A model generated the notes under the pieces. It was not told the origin of the DNA, made no database searches, and was given only the letters and a program-made list of their open reading frames with translations. From assembly GCF_902713615.1 (NCBI RefSeq), contig NC_052154.1, positions 80,889,072 to 80,953,071 on the forward strand: a stretch of DNA of 64,000 nt, given 5' to 3'. Positions 21,472-29,712 of this stretch are shown here, in pieces. This DNA comes from Scyliorhinus canicula. Taxonomy: Eukaryota. The stretch's first letter is position 1. Every line of letters begins with the position of its first letter. Position numbers and translations under genes: made by a program.

Positions 21472-24400
21472 CGGTGTTCGGGCTCCCCCACTTGGGTCTG
21501 TGACACACTATGGGACTCATCAGGGAGGCCCGTAGTCACGGCAAAAGTCAAAGGGAAGCCCATAGAGTTATTGTGGGACACAGGAGGATCCCGCACCACC
21601 ATTAACTCCACAACCACGGCACACGCAGACACGTGGCCGACCACCTCCACCATCACACTTAGCGGGTTCACCGGACACTCGCAGCAGGGACATATCACAG
21701 CACCCGTAGCGATCCAGCTAGGGAACATTAGCACAAGGCACCCCGTAGTTTTAGTAAATCTTCCCCGGACAGCAGAGCACATCCTGGGGATAGATTTTAT
21801 GAACACACACAGCTTGTCGTTCGACCCAGTGAACCAGTGTGTCTGGCGAATGGCGAGATCAGACAGAGCACCAGCCACCCTCACAGTAGGAGACTACGCT
21901 AATCGGATTAGCGCAGTGGGAGAGTACTCATTCGACCTGACTACACTCCACACCGACAGACAAATTAAGGCCCTACTAAACAAACACAGGACAGCATTTG
22001 CAAGTCACCGTCATGACTGTGGCAGAATGACTGGACAAGTTCATGTTACCGGACAGGACCCCCGACCGCAAAAGCAGTATAGATTTCCCCTCGAGGCAGA
22101 GGTGGAAATAGAAAAGGTTATAGGCAGCTTGTTGGACCAAGGTGTACTGAGAACGGTAGCCTCCACCAACAATGCCCCTATTTGGCCAGTGAGGAAGCCC
22201 GATGGATCATGGCGTCTGACCATCGATTATCGGGAACTCAACAAAGTAACCCCCGCAGTAGCCCCAACGGTAGCTACTAGTCCCGAGACCATGCTCAAGC
22301 AGGGTCTCAACGCCAAGTACTTCACGGTATTGGACATCAGTAATGGATTCTGGTCAATACCATTGGCAAAAGCGTGCCAATACAAATTCGCATTCACTTT
22401 TAAAACGCAGCAGTACACGTGGACATGCCTCCCACAAGGATTCCACAATTCACCCTCCATTTTCCACCGACAGCTGGCAAGTGGATTAGAAAAATTTTCC
22501 CGACCCGATTGTCTGGTACAGTATGTAGACGACCTACTACTGCAGACAGACACAAAGGCAGAGCACATTTCGCTTCTGGCCGAACTCCTGGAACTCTTAA
22601 CTGAAATTGGCTGTAAAGTTAACCCGAAAAAGGCCCAAATATTGGAAAGTAAAGTGATGTATTTGGGATCAGTCATCACGCACGGCAAACGCGAGATCGA
22701 ATTCAAAAGAATTGATTCGATTGTCAAATTGCCCCTTCCCCAGAATGTATCAGCCCTCCGGTCGTTTTTAGGACTGGTTGGCTATTGTCGGAACCACATC
22801 GACGGATTCGCGACAAAAGCCGCCCCACTTTCAGACCTCCTTAAGAAAGGAGCCCCCTGGGAATGGCTTCCGCAGCATACAGGCGCTGTGGAAGAGTTGA
22901 AACGAGCCCTTAGTGCAGCACCCGCGCTGCTAGTCCCCGACCAACTTTCACCGTACGCAATAGAGGTAGCGAGCACCGATCTGACCCTCTCGGCCGTGTT
23001 GCTTCAGGAACGGCACGAGCAGCTAAGACCAGTGGCTTATGCCTCCCGACTGTTAGACCCAGTAGAACAAGGATTTTCGGCCTGTGAGAGGCACCTCCTT
23101 GCTGTCTTCTGGGCAGTACAGTACTTTTCCTACATAACCGGACTAAACCCCATCACCATTCTAACCGAACACACACCCACACAGCTACTACTAGACGGTC
23201 GACTGAAGGACGGTTCAGTTAGCCAGATTAGGGCAGCTAGGTGGACCCTACTTTTACAAGGACGGGACATTACAGTAAAACGGACACGCACCCACACATA
23301 CTTAGCAGACAACCTCCAATACCCCGGACAGCCCCATGACTGTGAAATTGTAGCTCCCCTGCATAACACAGGACCCTTTTTAGCCAAAACACCCCCCAGG
23401 AAGATAGGGAACCCGAAACAAAGCCCCCAGCCCACAGACACGTGTGGACCCTTGAGGATTTATGTAGACGGTTCCTCCACAGTTTTAAATGGTGAGCGTA
23501 TCACAGGATGCGGCATCTATGTAGAGGACGCGCAGGGGCGCGCTCTCGAAGAAATCGCTCTTAAGTTACCAGGTCACTTAGGCGCGCAGGCAGCAGAGCT
23601 AGCAGCCATAGCGTACATAGTGGACCACCCCGATTCTTTCCCCAGCCCAGCAGACATATATTCAGACAGCTTATATGTCTGTAACAGTTTAACAGATTTC
23701 CTGCCCCTGTGGAGGACACGAGGTTTTGTCTCCGCAGACGGAAAACCCCTTCCATCAGCCCCCTTACTCCAGCATATTTTAGCGAAAGCGAAGGACAGGA
23801 CCTTCGGCATAATAAAAGTAAGAAGCCACCATAGGTCATCACCCCCTGGGAATGTAAAGGCCGACGCGTTGGCTAAGGCAGGTTCCAGGAGAGGACACTT
23901 ATGGACCCCCCCAGCTAGCGCACCAGCTAGCGCCCCTGTGAGCGCAGTCCAAGTCTCACAGACTGATATTAAAGATCTCGTGGCAGCACAAAAACAGGAC
24001 GGAGACCTCAGGGAGGTTTTCAAGGGAAACTTTGTGCCTGCTTACGAGCACTTTAAACACGCACTGACCACACATGAGGGTGTGATCATTAAGGACCGAC
24101 TTTATGTGGTCCCACAGCAGGACAGGAACCAGATGATTGCCTTGTTCCATGACGGACACGGGCATCAGGGAATTGATGCAACAACGAGGCACCTCAGGCA
24201 ACTCTGTTGGTGGCCTAATCTCAGGAATGATGTAACGCACTACATAGAGAATTGCCTGATTTGTGCTCAGAATAACCCGGACAGGTATTCTAAGAAGGCA
24301 CAACTTCGGCATACTCGCCCAGTTGACGGCCCTTGGACAAACCTCCAGATCGACTTTATAGGTCCATTGCCCCCTTGTCGGAATGGCTATAAATACGTTC

Positions 24401-25697
24401 TGGTGGTGATAGATACCTTTACCAAGTGGGTAGAGGCATTTCCCTCACGAACAAATACAGCAAAGACAGCTGCAAAGATCCTGACCCACCACATCTTCAC
24501 GAGATGGGGTTACCCCGAAGTATCGATTCGGACCAGGGATCTCACTTTACAGGACGGGTCATGAGGAACGTCCTGACAATATTCGGAATCAAACAGAACT
24601 TCCACATTGCGTATCATCCACAGTCCAGCGGGATTGTGGAGCGCATGAATCGGACCCTAAAAACTACCCTTAGGAAAATGGTTCAAGAGAACAATTCCAC
24701 ATGGGATTCAGTGCTCCCCTTTGCACTTATGTTCATAAGGAACACTGTCTCCACATCGACAGGATACACACCACACACACTCATGACCGGACGCCCTATG
24801 AAAGGTACAGAATTCCTTTTAGGACTGGACATGACAAGCCCCGAAGTGACGGCCCTCACACATGAAAAGGCAGTTAAAGAACTAGTTGAGACTGTGAGGT
24901 CTGCACAGCTCGCAGCCGCAGTCCAGCTAGGGAAACGCCGACAGCAACGTACTGCCTGTTTCAATAAGACCGTCCACACCACAGAATTCCAGGTTGGGCA
25001 ACAGGTAATGTTATCTGTTTATAACCCCAGCAGTTTTTTGGCTCCAAAATATTCCGGTCCCTACTCAATTTCGGACAAAATTAGCCCCTCCGTGTACAGA
25101 ATAAAGTATCCTAATGGAAAGACCGCGTGGTTCCATATAAACCAGTTAAAGGCATATGGAACACAGGCCAACCATGCTCACCATGTCCTGCTGGATGCAG
25201 CAGAACACTTCACCCCGCCCACCAGAGACACTTTTCCACCATCCCCCTCACAGACCAGTTCATCCACGGACTCGCCCACGACTCCGCCCACAGACCACTA
25301 CAGACCACACCCCGAGACGCCCACAAGCTGCCACAGCAGAGACAGTAGGACAGACACTGACTCTGAAGACAGCGACACCACACAGCCATACAGCCCACAC
25401 TGCACCAACTACGACCCCGACTCCAGTGACCCCATGGAACTCACTTACCTCAAAAACCCCGAACCACCACCCGACCCCGACTACCCCGACAACACACTCG
25501 ACGCTACACAATGGCACAGGGACAATTCCTACAGACTTGTCCGCAATGACGAAAGTGACCCCCGGTCACACAACTCCAAAATAGCATGCCTGATCCACAC
25601 AAGGGTGTGGGATCCGGGAGAGCAGGACGACGCAATGTCTGACTCCCGACACGGCAACCCCTTTGTGACCCTGTTCACAGAGGCAGAATCAAAGTGA
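21472..25697 (+). CDS. pol: Pol (about 1,408 aa if one G is restored at 24506-24509): protease, RT, tether, RNase H, integrase with a long C-terminal extension
   Basis: DTG at 21577, YVDD at 22522, degenerate RNase H at about 22950-23300, second RNase H YVDGS...AAELAA...YSDS...GNVKAD at about 23450-23890, HHCC, D-D-E, GPY motif. In frame with gag after a single TGA. Confidence 0.93.
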
Positions 25698-26632
25698 GGT
25701 GTCCAGATGATGTAAGATAGGAATCGTTTGAGGGAAACGATGTCCTTTCTGATGGAACCTGCACGTATGTTTGTCTTCGTTTTATGTTTGTTTGTTTCAG
25801 GAATGTACATTGTTCAGCTGGAGGATGGACATCTTCTTTTCAGCTGACAAGATTGTGACCACCTCACATACACGTTAGTTTGTCCGCAGATACTTCTGAG
25901 AACTTCGGTTTGATTGGAGATCTTTTCCAAAGTTGTAAGGCCACACGCCAAATAGCTTGTCCGCAGATATCTCTGAGAACTTCAGGGATGTCCTCAGTTG
26001 GAGCATCTTGGCTCCCTTGGTTTTTTAGGTGCCCCTCTATTCGGCGAAATAGAGGCTGCAGGTCATGGTAAACACATTCGTACCCGTTTCTTTCCAGGTT
26101 ACTCAGGCAGTGGACAAACGGCACTGAGGACCCGCCCTGTCTGAGAACCAACCCTTGGTCAGCCAAGCTCGGGTATGGCACAGCACGCCCTACCCGGGGA
26201 TCCCATCCAACTCATACCCGTAGCGGCCCATACGCAACTCATTCGGACGTTTCTTTCCAAATTTTGTTTTCATTTTACGTTAGGTAGCCCTTCGGCCGCC
26301 ATCCCACATGCTATTTACATCCGGGAACATTCGGATGGTAAATCAGCAAAGCCTGCGAGACGGCTCGCAGAAGGAAGGATTGTTAGGTGTATGCTGGTCT
26401 TTAAATTCGCTTTTTGAAAAAAAATGAGGGGAGTCACAGGGTGTGACTTAGCCAGTCATTTTTAAGGGTCAATTGGGTTTTGAAAGACAGATGCACTAAC
26501 AAGTAAAGGTCTTAAACTGTGTATTGACAGATACTGTGCTTGATCCCAAAGGTTTCAAAGGACGAGACAGAGGTCGAAGCCAGGATTGTCAATACCGGAG
26601 GAAGAAGGAAGAGAAAGAAGAAGAACAGCAAA

Positions 26633-26986
26633 ATGATGGAAGCCCACTTATTACTATTTAATGTCATATGTATATGTGTGGAAACAAGACACGTTTCCCC
26701 CACAACCCCCACCGTAAATGTTAGTACAACAAACCCCCAGTGCTCAGCTCTGATCAGCGAGGTTCAGACCTGGTGTACTAAATTCATGACGTGGTACTCC
26801 ATGTCCTACATAATCGAATCACTGTTGGTGATTGCGATCCTCACCATCCTAGTGCAGACCCTCAGGTTGAGGAAATGGAAGAGGAGAGCCTCTCGTTCCA
26901 GCACCTCACCCATCTATAGAGTGCAATCCCCCATCTTCGGATTCCACCAAACCCCTCAACCCCTCACTGATTACAACACTCTGTAA
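26633..26986 (+). CDS. Small type-I transmembrane protein (117 aa) in the env position; FAST-fusogen-like architecture
   Basis: ATG with A at -3. Signal-like MMEAHLLLFNVICICVET, T/P-rich stalk with NVS sequon, C-x10-C, TM YIIESLLVIAILTILVQTL, RLRKWKRR, C-terminal YNTL. Confidence 0.75.
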   Translation: MMEAHLLLFNVICICVETRHVSPTTPTVNVSTTNPQCSALISEVQTWCTKFMTWYSMSYIIESLLVIAILTILVQTLRLRKWKRRASRSSTSPIYRVQSPIFGFHQTPQPLTDYNTL

Positions 26987-27298
26987 ATAAAATTCAGCCA
27001 TGTATTATATTGTTCCATACTCGACTGCCGAGTTGGGAAGTGTTATGTTGTGGTGTGAATGGTTAAGATTTTAGAGTGATTAAATGTTTAAGTTAAGGTT
27101 AATAGTGATAGGTAGAGGTTCCCAATTGTAGTAATGCATGTCCCTTTGACATAGGGCCAAGTAGAAATGTTAGTTAAATTTTTTTTCTCTTCTTCCCATA
27201 GTTTAGAACAGAGTAGAACAGGAACTGGCAAGAGGTCAGAACACAAGGAGGCAAAGTACATAGGTGATCCTTCACAATAGTATGATTGTGAGGATCAC

Positions 27299-27308
27299 AA
27301 GGAGGGAA
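27299..27308 (+). promoter_or_regulatory. Polypurine tract
   Basis: aaggagggaa directly before the 3' LTR TG. Confidence 0.85.
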
Positions 27309-28260
27309 TGTAGCCATGCTGGCCACGCAAAATGGACACTGAGCCAAACTAAAATGGAAGGCTGCTGGGAAACAGACAGTTCAGCCAGAACAGCAGTCTG
27401 CAAAGAGCAGTTTGCATTCTGCAGCAGCAGAAACCAGTTTGGGCTCAGGTAAAGAGACCTTAGCTAGGTGCAAATGGCAAAACGCTTTGCATGCTAATGA
27501 GGCCATCAGACTTGAACACCCACACAATAGATACATTTGGTTCTGAATGGACACATTCCAATCAAGACCCAGACATCGAGGCACCAGAAACCTCCGAACA
27601 AAAGGACATAAGAAACGCCCCCTCCATCACGGAGACCCCCTCGCATTGGGGAATTAATCCAGTATCGATAAGAAATTGATCCAATAGGTAGAGCCCGCCC
27701 GAGAAGAGGGAAGGACAACGGAACCCCTATAAAAGATAGGGACCTCGTGTTGTCCGGTCTGTTAAACCTGTGCTCCGGCCTCGACTGACACCTGGTATCC
27801 TGACTCCAGCCGTTGAGCACCAGCCGCCGAAACCGTAAGTTCAACGCTCGCTACGCGATCCAAGCCCGCTAGACTCCCAAGTGCCAGAACGCTTGCTGAA
27901 GGCTGCAGACAAAACCAGGACGAAGGCCTCGTTCTCTGACCTTGCCTGTTCCTGTTAGATAAGTATTCTGTTTGCTTATGTTTAGTTGTAGCTTAGTCTC
28001 TTAGTGTGTGTGCATGAGTATTTATTATTAACTGTATAATAAATATTGATCGTTTGAACTTGACTAATCGGTGTATCGTCTTTATTACTTTGAATTTGAC
28101 CTTGGAATACTTGTGACGTTGCCTATACGGCAGCTGGCGACTCCAGAGCTTAAATAATTACATAGAACAGAGCCTAGCAGTGTTAAGCACACGTCGAACT
28201 CGGAGGCGTGTTAATACACTCCAATAAACGCGTTTTACGCCCATAGTAAAACGTGCAACA
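27309..28260 (+). repeat. 3' LTR (952 bp)
   Basis: Same sequence as the 5' LTR, followed by TSD ggct. Confidence 0.97.
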
Positions 28261-28344
28261 GGCTAAAGGTAGACAAGACTCCTACCCTGATGGAATGCAT
28301 CCCAGAGTGCTAAAAGAGATGGCAAGGAAATTGCAGATGCACTA

Positions 28345-29712
28345 GTGATGATTTACCAAAGTTCACTAGACTCTGGGGTGGTCCCGGTGGATTGGAAATT
28401 AGCAAACGTGACACCACTGTTTAAAAAAGGAGGTAGGCGCAGAGCAGGAAATTATAGGCCAGTGAGCTTAACTTCGGTAGTAGGGAAGATGCTGGAATCT
28501 ACCATCAAGGAAGAAATAGCGAGGCATCTGGATGGAAATTGTCCCATTGGGCAGACGCAGCATGGGTTCATAAAGGGCAGGTCGTGCCGAACAAATTTAG
28601 TCGGATTTTTTGAGGACATTACCAGTGCAGTAGATAACGGAGAGCGAATAGATGTGGTATATCTGGATTTCCAGAAAGCCTTTGACAAAGTGCCACACAA
28701 AAGGTTGCTGAATGAGATAAAGATGCATGGCATTAAGGGTAAAGTAGTAGCATGGATAGAGGATTGGTTAATTAATAGAAAGCAAAGAGTGGGGATTAAT
28801 GGGTGTTTCTCTGGTTGGCAATCAGTAGCTAGTGGTGTCCCTCAGGGATCCGTGTTGGGCCCACAATTGTTCACAATTTACATAGATGATTTGGAGTTGG
28901 GGACCAAGGGCAATGTGTCCAAGTTTGCAGATGACACTAAGATGAGTGGTAAAGCGAAAAGTGCAGAGGATACTGGAAGTCTGCAGAGGGATTTGGATAG
29001 GTTAAGTGAATGGGCTAGGGTCTGGCAGATGGAATGCAATGTTGACAAATGTGAGGTTATCCATTTTGGTAGGAATAACAGCAAACTGGATTATTATTCA
29101 AACGACGAAATATTAAAGCATGTTGCTGTGCAGAGAGACCTGGGTGTGCTAGTGCATGAGTCACAGAAAGTTGGTTTCCAGGTGCAACAGGTGATTAAGA
29201 AGGCAAATGGAATTTTGTCCTTCATTGCTAGAGGGATAGAGTTTAAGACTAGGGAGGTTATGCTGCAATTGTATAAGGTGTTGGTGAGGCCACACCTAGA
29301 GTATTGTGTTCAGTTTTGGTCTTCTTACTTGAGAAAGGACGTACTGGCACTGGAAGGTGTGCAGAATAGATTCACTAGGTTAATCCCAGAGCTGAAGTGG
29401 TTGGATTACGAGGGGAGGTTGAGTACACTGGGACTGTACTCTTTCGAATTTAGAAGGTTGAGGGGGGATCTTATAGAAACATTTAAAATTATGAAGGGAA
29501 TAGATAGGATAGATGCAGGCAGGTTCTTTCCACTGGCGGGTGAAAGCAGAACTCGGGGACATTGCCTCAAAATAAGGGGAAGTAGATTTAGGACTGAGTA
29601 TAGGAGGAACATCTTCACCCAAAGGGTTGTGAATCTATGGAATTCCTTGCCCAGTGAAGCAGTTGAGGCTCCTTCATTAAATGTTTTTAAGGTAAAGATA
29701 GATAGTTTTTGA
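28345..29712 (+). CDS. CR1 ORF2 reverse-transcriptase/C-terminal part (455 aa open)
   Basis: NYRPVSLTSVVGK, YLDFQKAFDKVPH, GVPQGSVLGP, FADDT motifs. Confidence 0.9.
   Translation: MMIYQSSLDSGVVPVDWKLANVTPLFKKGGRRRAGNYRPVSLTSVVGKMLESTIKEEIARHLDGNCPIGQTQHGFIKGRSCRTNLVGFFEDITSAVDNGERIDVVYLDFQKAFDKVPHKRLLNEIKMHGIKGKVVAWIEDWLINRKQRVGINGCFSGWQSVASGVPQGSVLGPQLFTIYIDDLELGTKGNVSKFADDTKMSGKAKSAEDTGSLQRDLDRLSEWARVWQMECNVDKCEVIHFGRNNSKLDYYSNDEILKHVAVQRDLGVLVHESQKVGFQVQQVIKKANGILSFIARGIEFKTREVMLQLYKVLVRPHLEYCVQFWSSYLRKDVLALEGVQNRFTRLIPELKWLDYEGRLSTLGLYSFEFRRLRGDLIETFKIMKGIDRIDAGRFFPLAGESRTRGHCLKIRGSRFRTEYRRNIFTQRVVNLWNSLPSEAVEAPSLNVFKVKIDSF

Larger units (their letters stand above)
18453..28260 (+). mobile_element. 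Full-length retrovirus-like LTR element (dual RNase H, no full env), 9,808 bp
   Basis: TG...CA LTRs, 4-bp TSD GGCT (18449-18452 and 28261-28264), PBS, PPT, gag, and pol with PR-RT-tether-RNaseH-IN order. Confidence 0.97.

Noticed and set aside
25864-26417. Accessory ORFs 25864-26181 (-) and 26175-26417 (+)
   Set aside because: No recognisable features; lengths are compatible with chance. Not called as CDS.
25698-27308. Conventional env gene
   Set aside because: Only 1.6 kb is available and the longest ORF is 148 codons. There is no SU-sized domain and no CX6CC motif.
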